The notes under the pieces are model-generated. The model searched no databases and was not told the DNA's origin. It was given only the letters and a program-made list of their open reading frames with translations. Below are positions 1 to 8,929 of a DNA stretch of 64,000 nucleotides, in pieces. A program made the position numbers and the translations under genes. Source of the DNA: Candidatus Uhrbacteria bacterium (lineage in GTDB: Bacteria > Patescibacteriota > Patescibacteriia > SG8-24); contig JAFGIV010000013.1 of NCBI GenBank assembly GCA_016929435.1, positions 15,822 through 79,821 of the forward strand. Reading direction: 5' to 3'. Numbering within the stretch: the first letter of the stretch is position 1; each line of letters opens with the position of its first letter.

Positions 1-1
1 C

Positions 2-178
2 GGTGTCCCGAACGTCACCGGGAAGATCCTGGGTTCGCCCAGCAAGCTCAACAACACGAAGGCCGCCTTTCAGGCGCTGAAGCGCCTGATGCCGCCGATC
101 GTGAGGAAGGCCGCTCCGGCAGCAGAGGGGGAGGGGGCTGCGGAAAAGTTACCGGTGAATACGGATGAAGGGAAATAA
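2..178 (+). CDS. rpsE: 30S ribosomal protein S5, C-terminal fragment (gene begins upstream of window)
   Basis: Frame-2 translation GVPNVTGKILGSPSKLNNTKAAFQALKRLMPP... matches the S5 C-terminal consensus (G..NV..K.LGS.N..N...A..AL..L..P). Lies immediately upstream of rplO. Confidence 0.6.
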   Translation, partial: GVPNVTGKILGSPSKLNNTKAAFQALKRLMPPIVRKAAPAAEGEGAAEKLPVNTDEGK

Positions 179-189
179 GACGAACGATT

Positions 190-630
190 ATGGCACTATC
201 ACTGAGTAACCTGAAACCGTCCAGGGGTTCGCGTTCGAACAGCAAGCGGGTCGGACGCGGCAACGCCTCCGGAAAGGGAACGACGGCCGGGCGGGGGACC
301 AAGGGACAGAAGGCACGGACCGGCGGCCGCGGAAGGAACAAGATCCGCGGCATGCGCCGACTGGTTTTGGCGACCCCGAAGCTACGCGGTTTCAGCCGTC
401 AGGGCACGGAGACCGTTGCCGTAAACCTTAGGGACATCCAGAATGCGTTTCGGGAAGGGGCGGTCATAAACCCCAGAAACCTGCGCACAAAGGGACTGAT
501 CGCTTCCAGCGACAGGACCGTAAAGATATTGGGGACCGGTGTCCTGAAGAAGGCCGTTCGGGTCGAGGGGTGCCTGGTTTCGGTTTCCGCCAAGGACAAG
601 ATATTGGCGTCAGGCGGCGAGGTGCGGTAG
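190..630 (+). CDS. rplO: 50S ribosomal protein L15
   Basis: 146 aa; Gly/Arg/Lys-rich N-terminus (GRGNASGKGTTAGRGTKGQK) typical of L15. Sits upstream of secY in the conserved spc-operon order. Confidence 0.9.
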   Translation: MALSLSNLKPSRGSRSNSKRVGRGNASGKGTTAGRGTKGQKARTGGRGRNKIRGMRRLVLATPKLRGFSRQGTETVAVNLRDIQNAFREGAVINPRNLRTKGLIASSDRTVKILGTGVLKKAVRVEGCLVSVSAKDKILASGGEVR

Positions 631-653
631 GATAACGGAGAACCCACTCCCGT

Positions 654-1931
654 ATGATCATCGAAAAGATCCGCCAAATCTGGAAGATCCGCGACTTGAG
701 GAACAGCATCCTTTTCCTGCTGGCCATGCTGGTGCTGTTTCGGGTGGCGTCGCACGTCCCGGTTCCGGGCGTTGATTTGGCGGCCCTCAAGGACTTCTTC
801 GATTCCAATGACGTCTTGGGCCTGATCAGCGTCTTTTCCGGCGGTTCGATGGCGACCTTTTCCATCGTTGCCCTGGGGGTCGGTCCGTACATTACCGCCT
901 CGATCATCTTCCAGCTGTTGGCAATGGTCGTCCCGCGGCTGGAGGAGATCCAGAAGGACGGACCTTCCGGACAGGCCCGGATATCCCAATGGACAAGGAT
1001 GCTGACCGTCCCCCTGGCGGCCCTCCAGGCCTACAGCATGATCCACCTGCTTCGTTCGTCCGGACGCCAGATCATCGGTGACCTGTCGGTCCTGGACTAC
1101 GTCACCACCATCATGGTGATGACCGCCGGCACCGTTTTCATCATGTGGATCGGCGAGCTCATTACCGAACGGAAAATAGGCAACGGCATCTCCATCCTGA
1201 TTTTCGCCAACATCGTCGACCGGATTCCCCAGGCTATCCAGCAGGCAATCGTCAGCTTCGAGCCGTCCCAGATAATTATTTGGGCCGCCTTTCTGGCCAT
1301 TGCCGTCATTACGGTCGCCAGCGTGGTTTTCGTGTCCGAGGGACAGAGGAACCTTCCGGTGGTCTATGCCCGGCGTTTGAGGGGAGGGCAGTCGTTTGGC
1401 GGCGTAGAGACCCACCTGCCGCTTCGCGTCAACATGGCCGGGGTCATCCCGATCATTTTCGCCATATCGATCGTCCTGTTGCCGCCCATGGTAGCCCAGT
1501 TTTTTGTGGGCGCCAAAAGCGCGTGGGTAGCCTCAACGGCCGAATGGATCATTGCCGTTTCCCAGAACCAGTGGCTTTACGGCCTGACCTATTTCGTGCT
1601 GGTTTTTGCCTTTACCTACTTCTACACGGCGGTCGTGTTTCACCCCGATCGGGTGGCGGAGAACCTCCAGAAGCAGGGGGGGTTCATTCCCGGAATCCGG
1701 CCCGGACAGCCGACAGTCGAACACATCCAGAGGACCGTCAACCGGATCATGCCCTTCGGAGCCGCCTTTTTGGCCACCGTGGCCGTCCTGCCGCTGGCCC
1801 TGCAGGGTTTCACTGACACGCAGTTCCTGGTCATCGGCGGTACCGGGCTGCTGATCGTCGTCTCGGTCGTCATTGAGATGGTCAACCAGATCAAGGCCCA
1901 GCTGGTGATGAGGGAATACGATTCGGTTTAG
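654..1931 (+). CDS. secY: Preprotein translocase subunit SecY
   Basis: 425 aa, multi-TM protein. Conserved position after rplO and before adk/map. Confidence 0.93.
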   Translation: MIIEKIRQIWKIRDLRNSILFLLAMLVLFRVASHVPVPGVDLAALKDFFDSNDVLGLISVFSGGSMATFSIVALGVGPYITASIIFQLLAMVVPRLEEIQKDGPSGQARISQWTRMLTVPLAALQAYSMIHLLRSSGRQIIGDLSVLDYVTTIMVMTAGTVFIMWIGELITERKIGNGISILIFANIVDRIPQAIQQAIVSFEPSQIIIWAAFLAIAVITVASVVFVSEGQRNLPVVYARRLRGGQSFGGVETHLPLRVNMAGVIPIIFAISIVLLPPMVAQFFVGAKSAWVASTAEWIIAVSQNQWLYGLTYFVLVFAFTYFYTAVVFHPDRVAENLQKQGGFIPGIRPGQPTVEHIQRTVNRIMPFGAAFLATVAVLPLALQGFTDTQFLVIGGTGLLIVVSVVIEMVNQIKAQLVMREYDSV

Positions 1932-2032
1932 GCGGGCAATCCCGGCATGTTGGGCAAGACCGTCCCGAGAGGGGCGGTTTTTGGTTGGCCGGCGCCTCCT
2001 TCCGGGAAGCGGGCCTGTGATATAATTACAGT

Positions 2033-2869
2033 ATGCCGAACGGGAAAAAAATTTCGGTTTTTGCGCTTTTGTTCCAGGGAACGGCCTTCGTGCTGACCGT
2101 CGGCCTGGCTTTAGCCGCAAAATTCTGGCATCCGATGTCGGCAAGCGGATACGGGAAACCCGGCCAGGTTTCCGTTTGGGGTTTCCTGGCCGCATTTACG
2201 GTCATGACCGCCTTCGTTTTGGCGATATTGCGCCACCGTTTGGGAGTAAGGGTCTTTTCCGTGATGTTCACGGCAGCCGTGTTTTTTGGGGTGGCCCTTA
2301 TCGGTTTGGCGATGGCCGGGGAGGCGGGGGCGGTGATCGGGTTTTCCGTAGCCGTTTTCCTTCACTATTCCGTCGCTCGGGTCTGGTCGTTCGACCTGGT
2401 CCTTTCGGTCGGGTTGGCCGGGGTGGCCCTTAGCCTTGGAGACTCGCTGGCTCCGACCGGGGCGGCCGTGATTCTGGCGGCCATATCCATCTATGACATA
2501 TTTGCGGTTTACGGAAGCCGCCACATGGTGGGGATGGCGGGACGTCTCCTGGACGGGGGGGCTGGTTTTGCCATGATGGTTCCGGTCAGCCCCAAAGGCC
2601 TTTTGGTCCGGACTGACCGGTCCCGTGCGGGGAACGGCTTGTTTTATTTGGGTACGGGGGATATCGTCCTGCCGGCCATGATGGCCGTTTCCGCTTCCCG
2701 AACCGGCCTGTTTTCCGGTTTGGTCGTCATGTTCGGTGCCTTGGTTGGTCAAATTTTCAATTTAGTGGTATTTTTTAGGCAGGACAGGTTACGGCCCGTT
2801 CCAGCCCTGCCACTTACGGCCACCGGATCGATTTTGGCCTATCTGGCGGTTTCCGTGTTCGTTAACTAG
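2033..2869 (+). CDS. Presenilin/signal-peptide-peptidase family (A22-like) intramembrane aspartyl protease homolog
   Basis: 278 aa polytopic membrane protein. YD motif in a TM helix (AISIYDIFAVYG), GxGD motif (LGTGDIVLPAMM) and a downstream PAL motif (RPVPALPL), in the order characteristic of presenilin/SPP/PSH. Confidence 0.55.
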   Translation: MPNGKKISVFALLFQGTAFVLTVGLALAAKFWHPMSASGYGKPGQVSVWGFLAAFTVMTAFVLAILRHRLGVRVFSVMFTAAVFFGVALIGLAMAGEAGAVIGFSVAVFLHYSVARVWSFDLVLSVGLAGVALSLGDSLAPTGAAVILAAISIYDIFAVYGSRHMVGMAGRLLDGGAGFAMMVPVSPKGLLVRTDRSRAGNGLFYLGTGDIVLPAMMAVSASRTGLFSGLVVMFGALVGQIFNLVVFFRQDRLRPVPALPLTATGSILAYLAVSVFVN

Positions 2870-2878
2870 GGAACAGAC

Positions 2879-3535
2879 ATGCTGAACGTCATCATGATCG
2901 GCCCACAGGGGTCGGGAAAGGGAACCCAGTCGGAACTGCTGTCCGAGAGGTTAGGATTGCCCATGGTTTCCGTCGGGCAGCTTTTGAGGGCCGAAACGGA
3001 CCGCCAGACCGGGCTGGGACGGGAAATAGACCGTTACCTGAAGTCCGGGGAACTGGTCCCGTCCGACATCATCCGCCATGTCATCAAGGACCGTCTCGGT
3101 GACCAGGATACGGATCAGGGGGTGGTTCTGGACGGGTATCCCCGGACCGTTGAGCAGGCCGAAACCCTGGATGAGATCATGACCGGACTGAACCGGCACG
3201 TTACGCACGCCATTTACCTGGACATTTCCGACGAGACGGCCGTGAATCGAATATCCGGGCGGAGAGTCTGCTCTAACCATCGCTGCGGACTGAACTACCA
3301 CGCCACCCTCAATCCCCCCAAGCGGGAAGGGGTATGCGATTCGTGCGGCCATGCCCTGACGGTACGGGAGGACGACAATCCGGAGGCCATCCGGCAACGC
3401 CTTTCCCTTTTCCACGAGAAGAGCCAGCCGCTGGCGGATTACTACGAGAGGCGGGGAATACTCCACCGCTTTGACGGAAATAAGGAGATTGCGGATGTCA
3501 GTCGGGATATCCTGGGGATTTTGAGGGACAGGTGA
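2879..3535 (+). CDS. adk: Adenylate kinase (long form with Cys4 zinc lid)
   Basis: P-loop GPQGSGKGTQ; lid CxxC...CxxC (CSNHRCGLNYH...CDSCGHAL). Confidence 0.93.
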   Translation: MLNVIMIGPQGSGKGTQSELLSERLGLPMVSVGQLLRAETDRQTGLGREIDRYLKSGELVPSDIIRHVIKDRLGDQDTDQGVVLDGYPRTVEQAETLDEIMTGLNRHVTHAIYLDISDETAVNRISGRRVCSNHRCGLNYHATLNPPKREGVCDSCGHALTVREDDNPEAIRQRLSLFHEKSQPLADYYERRGILHRFDGNKEIADVSRDILGILRDR

Positions 3536-3614
3536 AAACAGTGCCGGACGCAACGGCAAGACCGCCCTTAAATGGCGGTTTTTTCGTTTGTCCTGTAGAA
3601 TACGGGTTAAGCGT

Positions 3615-4400
3615 ATGTTAGAAGCCAAGACCGAAAAGGAGCTGGAAGCCATCCGTGAGGGGGGCAGGATCCTATCGCAAATAATCGGCGAATTAGCCAA
3701 AGCCGTCCGTCCTGGAATCGGGACAGGCGAGCTGGAACGGATGGCCCTGGACATGATGTCCGAGGCCGGCGGTCAGCCGTCGTTTAAGGGGTATGGGGGC
3801 AGCCGGAAGGTCAAGCCGTTCCCGACCGCCATCTGCGCTTCCCTGAACCATGAGGTGGTTCACGGGTTTTCCTTGCCGTCCAAGACGGTGCGGGACGGGG
3901 ACCTTCTGAAGATCGATGCGGGCTTGAGGTACCGCGGATGTTATACGGACATGGCCGTGACCGTCGGGGCCGGAAAGGTCGGGGCAAGGGAAATAGAGTT
4001 GGCCCGGGTAACGCGGGAGGCCCTGATATTGGGGGTCGAACAGGTCCGCCACGGGGCTTGGGTCAGCGACATCGGAAAGGCGATTGACCGGCATGTCCGG
4101 CGACACGGTTTCAGTACGGTGAAGGATCTGGTTGGACACGGGGTCGGACGGGCCGTGCACGAGGACCCGCAGATACCGAACTACCTGGACCGCCGGTCTG
4201 CCCCAATCCGCCTTTTTCGCAACTTGGTTCTGGCCATTGAGCCGATGGTGAACATGGGCGGAGAGGAGGTCAACTGCGAGAACGACGGGTGGACCGTGAC
4301 GACCGCTGACCGGTCCCTGTCCGCACATTTCGAGATGACCGTAATAGTCGGCCAGGACGGGCCGGAAATAGTGACCCCCTTACCAGATTTTTTCGCTTGA
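3615..4400 (+). CDS. map: Methionine aminopeptidase type I
   Basis: Type-I MAP family fold and metal-ligand pattern; conserved location after adk. Start chosen at the internal Met (MLEAKTEK); the six-frame ORF begins at 3588. Confidence 0.88.
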   Translation: MLEAKTEKELEAIREGGRILSQIIGELAKAVRPGIGTGELERMALDMMSEAGGQPSFKGYGGSRKVKPFPTAICASLNHEVVHGFSLPSKTVRDGDLLKIDAGLRYRGCYTDMAVTVGAGKVGAREIELARVTREALILGVEQVRHGAWVSDIGKAIDRHVRRHGFSTVKDLVGHGVGRAVHEDPQIPNYLDRRSAPIRLFRNLVLAIEPMVNMGGEEVNCENDGWTVTTADRSLSAHFEMTVIVGQDGPEIVTPLPDFFA

Positions 4401-4810
4401 ACATGCGGATCATTGGTATTGATTACGGGTTGGCAAGAATTGGGTCGGCAATTTGGGACAGTCAGGCCGACCTTGTCCTTCCCTTGGGGGTCATTGCCGA
4501 AAGGGATTTTAAACGGGCGGTTTCGGCGGTCGCCGGGCTGTGCCTGGAGGAAAGGGCGGATCTGGTGGTGGTCGGACTGCCGAAACGGCTGTCCGGCGAG
4601 GGGACCGGAGAGCAGGTCGGGCGGACCGAACGATTTGTGGCGGCCCTTCGGGATGAGACCGGTCTTCCGATAGAGATGGAGGACGAAAGGATGACGTCCG
4701 GTGTGGCCGAAAGCCAGAGGCGACATGCCAAACCCGGGCAGGTTGCGGAAAGGGATGCCTTGGCGGCCGTAGCCATCCTGGAGTCGCATGTCCGGAGGGG
4801 AATTCGGTAA
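4397..4810 (+). CDS. ruvX: Holliday junction resolvase-like protein YqgF/RuvX
   Basis: RIIGIDYGLARIGSA... RNase H-like YqgF signature. TTG start overlaps the map stop; alternative ATG at 4403. Confidence 0.8.
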   Translation: MNMRIIGIDYGLARIGSAIWDSQADLVLPLGVIAERDFKRAVSAVAGLCLEERADLVVVGLPKRLSGEGTGEQVGRTERFVAALRDETGLPIEMEDERMTSGVAESQRRHAKPGQVAERDALAAVAILESHVRRGIR

Positions 4811-4824
4811 ACCGGACCGGTTTT

Positions 4825-5574
4825 ATGTCCACGACATTTCGTGATCAGGCGATCGTTCTTAAGACCGTGCCGATGCGGGACGCTGATCGCCGCTATGTGG
4901 TTTACGGGCGGGAGCGGGGGAAGATGATCCTTCTGGCCAAGGGGGTCAGGCGGGGGAGAAGCAAGATGTCCCCGCACATGGCTTGGTTCGGGACGGTAGA
5001 CATCATGGTGGCACGGGGGAAGATCCTTGACCGTTTGGCCGGGGCCAGCCTGGCCCGACCGTTTGACGGGGTTTTGGAGTCGTTGACAAAGGCCTCCTTG
5101 GCACAGGGGTTTCTCCTGGCAGTTGATGCCCTTACCAGGCAGGAACAGCCGGACCGGCGAATTTTCGGGCTGATCGGGGATTTTCTGGAAGTTTTGGACC
5201 GTGCTGACCTGATTCGGTCCCCTGACGGCCGAGGCCCGCTGTTTGACGCCGCCGCATTGAAGCTTTTGGATGCGGTGGGGTTCGGACCGGAACTGGACCG
5301 CTGTGTCCGGTGCCGCAAACCGTCCGGCCCTTCCATGGCCATGAACTTTATGCAGGGGGGACTGGAGTGCCAGGCCTGTCGCCGTCCGGACTCCCTCCCC
5401 CTCCTTCCGGAAACGGTCGAACGGCTGCGTCGTTTCCGGAACGCCCCCCTTTCGGAGTCGGCTGCCGTGCCGCCGCCGTTCCAGGCCACGGCCAGGGTGA
5501 TCGAGACCCTTTTGGGCAACCAGGTGGATGACCGCTATCCGGCCATGAGTTTCCTGAGGCGGGTGGCTGCCTGA
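4825..5574 (+). CDS. recO: DNA repair protein RecO
   Basis: 249 aa; N-terminal OB fold followed by a C4 zinc motif (CVRC...CQAC). Confidence 0.75.
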   Translation: MSTTFRDQAIVLKTVPMRDADRRYVVYGRERGKMILLAKGVRRGRSKMSPHMAWFGTVDIMVARGKILDRLAGASLARPFDGVLESLTKASLAQGFLLAVDALTRQEQPDRRIFGLIGDFLEVLDRADLIRSPDGRGPLFDAAALKLLDAVGFGPELDRCVRCRKPSGPSMAMNFMQGGLECQACRRPDSLPLLPETVERLRRFRNAPLSESAAVPPPFQATARVIETLLGNQVDDRYPAMSFLRRVAA

Positions 5575-5578
5575 TTTC

Positions 5579-6931
5579 TTGCCAGTCTTTGAGGAAAATG
5601 GCACGATTAACCGGCTATCGAAAAACCTTATGGACAGCAACAGAATCGACATCAGGGATGCTCCGAAACACGTCGGTGAAGAGGTGGAAATCCGCGGCTG
5701 GAACTACAATAGCCGGTCTTCCGGGAAGATCGCCTTTCTGCAGCTGCGGGACGGGACAGGGCGGATTCAGGCCGTGGTGGTGTCCGGTGCGGTTTCCGGC
5801 GAATCCTGGCAGGCGGCCAAGTCGCTCAATACCGAGTCCTCGGTGATCGTTCGGGGGGTGGTGAAAGGGGAGCACCGGGCCCCGTCCGGGGTGGAGCTTC
5901 AGACGACGGCCGTGGAAGTCGTGGCTTTGGCGGAGGAATACCCCATCGGCAAAAAAGAGCACGGCGTCGATTTCCTGATGGACTACCGCCATCTCTGGAT
6001 TCGGTCCGCCCGGCAGGAGGCGATTCTCCGCATCCGGGACGAGATCAGCTTCGGCCTACGCGAGTTCATGAAGCAGCGCGGTTTTGTCCTAACCGATTCC
6101 CCGATCTTCACGCCGAGCGCATGTGAGGGCACGACCGACCTGTTTGAGGTCAAGTATTTCGACGACAAGGCCTATCTTTCCCAGTCCGGCCAGCTTTACC
6201 TGGAGGCGACTTCGGCGGCCCTCGGGAAGACCTACTGCTTCGGGCCGGCTTTCCGGTCGGAGAAGTCCAAGACCCGCCGTCACCTGACCGAATTCTGGAT
6301 GCTGGAGGCAGAGGTGGCCTTCATGGACTGGGAGGAGAACATGCAGGTGCAGGAGGACATGACCGTCCACGTGCTGAAAAGGGTCTTGGACAACTGCCAG
6401 GACGAGCTGAAGGCACTGGAACGGGACACGGCGCCCCTGAAGACGGCGGCCGAGGGCAATTTCCCCCGCATGCACCATGCCGAGGCGGTCAGGAAACTGC
6501 GGGAGTTGGGTTCTGACATCGGGGACAGGGACGATTTGGGGGCCGACGACGAAACCGTCCTGACCAGGCAGTTCGACCGGCCGGTTTTCATCCACCACTA
6601 TCCGGTGGAGGCCAAGGCCTTCTACATGAAACCGGACCCGAACGAGCCGGACCGGGCGCTGTGCGCCGACATGCTGGCCCCGGAAGGCTATGGGGAGGTG
6701 ATCGGCGGCTCCCAGCGCATCGATGACCTTAAGCTCCTGGAGGAACGGATCAGGGAAAAGGGGTTGCCGGTAGAGGCCTTCGAGTGGTTTCTGGACATCC
6801 GCCGCTACGGTTCCGTTCCCCATTCCGGGTTCGGCATCGGACTGGAGCGGACCGTGGCCTGGATCTGCGGCATTGAGCACGTCCGGGAGACCATCCCGTT
6901 CCCGCGGACCATTTACCGGATTAAGCCTTAG
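5579..6931 (+). CDS. asnS: Asparaginyl-tRNA synthetase (class IIb)
   Basis: Motif 2 region FRSEKSKTRRHLTEFWMLEAEVAF (the EFWM.E.E signature is diagnostic of AsnRS versus AspRS); C-terminal GFGIGLERTV. About 450 aa. Possible alternative start at 5630. Confidence 0.8.
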   Translation: MPVFEENGTINRLSKNLMDSNRIDIRDAPKHVGEEVEIRGWNYNSRSSGKIAFLQLRDGTGRIQAVVVSGAVSGESWQAAKSLNTESSVIVRGVVKGEHRAPSGVELQTTAVEVVALAEEYPIGKKEHGVDFLMDYRHLWIRSARQEAILRIRDEISFGLREFMKQRGFVLTDSPIFTPSACEGTTDLFEVKYFDDKAYLSQSGQLYLEATSAALGKTYCFGPAFRSEKSKTRRHLTEFWMLEAEVAFMDWEENMQVQEDMTVHVLKRVLDNCQDELKALERDTAPLKTAAEGNFPRMHHAEAVRKLRELGSDIGDRDDLGADDETVLTRQFDRPVFIHHYPVEAKAFYMKPDPNEPDRALCADMLAPEGYGEVIGGSQRIDDLKLLEERIREKGLPVEAFEWFLDIRRYGSVPHSGFGIGLERTVAWICGIEHVRETIPFPRTIYRIKP

Positions 6932-6943
6932 GCCACCAAAAAT

Positions 6944-8338
6944 ATGTCACGAACACTCGTCATAGACACCGTCGGCAAGGTCGGGCAGGAGGTCACCCTG
7001 TCCGGTTGGGTTCATGTCCGGAGGGACATGGGCAAGCTGGTCTTCATTGACCTGCGCGACCGGACCGGCACTATCCAGGCGGTTTTCCTGCCAAACCGGA
7101 AAGAGCTGCTGGAACAGGCCAATGTCCTGCGTCCGGAGTTCTGCGTCAGCCTGACCGGCACGGTCAATGCCCGCCCGGACAAGCAGGTCAATCCGGACAT
7201 GGCCACCGGAACGGTGGAGTTGGAGGTGACCGGTCTCACGATCCTGAACGAGGCCAAGACCCCGCCGTTCGAGATCGACAGGGACACCAGGGGAATAAGC
7301 GAGGAATTGCGCCTCAAATACCGCTATCTGGACCTGCGGACCGATCGGATGAGGAAAAACCTGAAGTTAAGGGCCGACGTCACCTCCTCCTTCAGGAAGT
7401 TCCTGGTCGGGGAGGGTTTCACCGAGGTCGAAACCCCCATCCTGACCAAGGGAACCCCCGAGGGTTCGCGGGAGTACCTGGTGCCGTCACGCCTGCATCC
7501 CGGAAAGTTCTATGTCCTTCCCCAGTCGCCGCAGCAGTTCAAGCAGCTCCTGATGGTCGCCGGGGCGGAAAGGTATTTCCAGGTCGCCCGGTGCTTCCGG
7601 GACGAGGATCAGCGCGGTGACCGCCAGCCGGAGTTCACCCAGCTGGACATGGAGATGTCTTTCGTCTATGGGGAGGAGGACGTGATGGGTATCGTGGAAG
7701 GGATGTTCAAGACGATGCTGAAGGAGGTCGCCCCGGAGAAGAGACTGACCTTCACCGAGTTCCCGCGGATCGGCTATGCCGAGGCGATGGAGAAGTACGG
7801 CAGCGATAAGCCAGACCTGAGAAAAGACAAGAACGATCCCAACGAATTGGCCTTCTGTTGGGTGGTGGATTTCCCGCTGTTCGAGATGTCCGAAACCGAG
7901 GGCCGCCTGGTATCCGCCCACCACCCGTTTACGGCCCCGAAGGACGAGGACCTGCCCCTGCTGGATGCCGAACCGGCCAAGGTCCGGGCCAAGGCCTATG
8001 ACATCGTCCTGAACGGGTATGAGATCGGAGGCGGCAGCATCAGGATCCACAAACGGGAACTGCAGAACCGGATATTCCAGATATTGGGCATTCCCGACGG
8101 GGACATCGCCCTGCGGTTCGGGCACATCCTGGAGGCCTTTGAATACGGTGCGCCGCCGCACGGCGGCATTGCCCCGGGGCTGGACCGGGTCGTCATGCTT
8201 TTGGCCGGGGAGCCGAACATCCGGGAGGTCATACCGTTCCCCAAGACCGGTGATGCGAGGGGCCTCATGATGGGCGATCCGTCGGAGATCCCTTCCGCCC
8301 AACTGGCCGAGGCGAACATCGAGATCGCCAAGAAATAA
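6944..8338 (+). CDS. aspS: Aspartyl-tRNA synthetase, bacterial-type motifs but short (464 aa, apparently lacking the GAD insertion domain)
   Basis: [40 protein letters not shown] (bacterial AspRS signature); C-terminal [14 protein letters not shown]. Length is about 120 aa shorter than canonical bacterial AspRS. Confidence 0.85.
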   Translation: MSRTLVIDTVGKVGQEVTLSGWVHVRRDMGKLVFIDLRDRTGTIQAVFLPNRKELLEQANVLRPEFCVSLTGTVNARPDKQVNPDMATGTVELEVTGLTILNEAKTPPFEIDRDTRGISEELRLKYRYLDLRTDRMRKNLKLRADVTSSFRKFLVGEGFTEVETPILTKGTPEGSREYLVPSRLHPGKFYVLPQSPQQFKQLLMVAGAERYFQVARCFRDEDQRGDRQPEFTQLDMEMSFVYGEEDVMGIVEGMFKTMLKEVAPEKRLTFTEFPRIGYAEAMEKYGSDKPDLRKDKNDPNELAFCWVVDFPLFEMSETEGRLVSAHHPFTAPKDEDLPLLDAEPAKVRAKAYDIVLNGYEIGGGSIRIHKRELQNRIFQILGIPDGDIALRFGHILEAFEYGAPPHGGIAPGLDRVVMLLAGEPNIREVIPFPKTGDARGLMMGDPSEIPSAQLAEANIEIAKK

Positions 8339-8390
8339 CCCGCCTTCGGCCCCTCTTGGGGAAAAGACCCCTACCCCCTTCGGGGGGGCT

Positions 8391-8879
8391 ATGAAAAGCG
8401 GGCACGGCGAAGATTTTGGTAAAACACGGCTTGAGAGACTGGAATGCGGCGGTCTGTCTAAGGAAGCCGTTGGCGGAATCGGGCATAAGAGGCTGTATCA
8501 CGAACTGGCATCATCGGCTCGAAAGATGAGGGAGAATCCGACCGTGGCGGAGTCGAGACTGTGGAATGAGATTCGGGAATCCCGCTTGGGCGCCAGGTTT
8601 CGCAGGCAATACGTCATCGACAGGTTTATTGTCGATTTCTGCTGCATAAAATTGAGGTTGGCGATTGAGGTGGACGGTTCGGTACATGACACCCGGAAAG
8701 AGTATGATGCAGAACGGGATCTGATATTGGAATCCTATGGCTGTAAGGTCTTGCGGTTCCCCAACGCCCAAGTCACGGGAGAGATTGAAATCGTGCTGAA
8801 TGCGATTCGTCACGCTATTGAATGTCGGATTGAGAGGACACCCCCAAACAAGTTCCCCCGAAGGGGGACAGGGGTTTAA
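8391..8879 (+). CDS. DUF559 (very-short-patch-repair-like endonuclease fold) domain protein
   Basis: Core ...PTVAESRLWNEIRESRLGARFRRQYVIDRFIVDFCCIKLRLAIEVDGSVHD...DAERDLILESYGCKVLRFPNAQV matches the DUF559 family. Start uncertain (internal Met at 8526). The 3' end runs into a REP half-site. Confidence 0.6.
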   Translation: MKSGHGEDFGKTRLERLECGGLSKEAVGGIGHKRLYHELASSARKMRENPTVAESRLWNEIRESRLGARFRRQYVIDRFIVDFCCIKLRLAIEVDGSVHDTRKEYDAERDLILESYGCKVLRFPNAQVTGEIEIVLNAIRHAIECRIERTPPNKFPRRGTGV

Positions 8880-8895
8880 AAAACCTTTCAAAAAC

Positions 8896-8925
8896 GCAAA
8901 ACCGCCCTCAAGAGGGGCGGTTTTA
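8896..8925 (+). terminator. Intrinsic terminator hairpin
   Basis: aaaccgccctcaagaggggcggtttt: GC stem plus T-tract, directly before the IS left end. Confidence 0.5.
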
Positions 8926-8929
8926 AAAA

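Noticed and set aside
399-1415. Long antisense ORFs overlapping secY and many other core genes (for example 4462-5652, 6089-6880, 16439-18307, 19209-20219, 26571-27380, 62328-63293)
   Set aside because: Typical stop-codon-poor shadow frames in high-GC DNA. They lie opposite strongly conserved genes and encode Arg/Pro/Gly-rich low-complexity products with no motifs.
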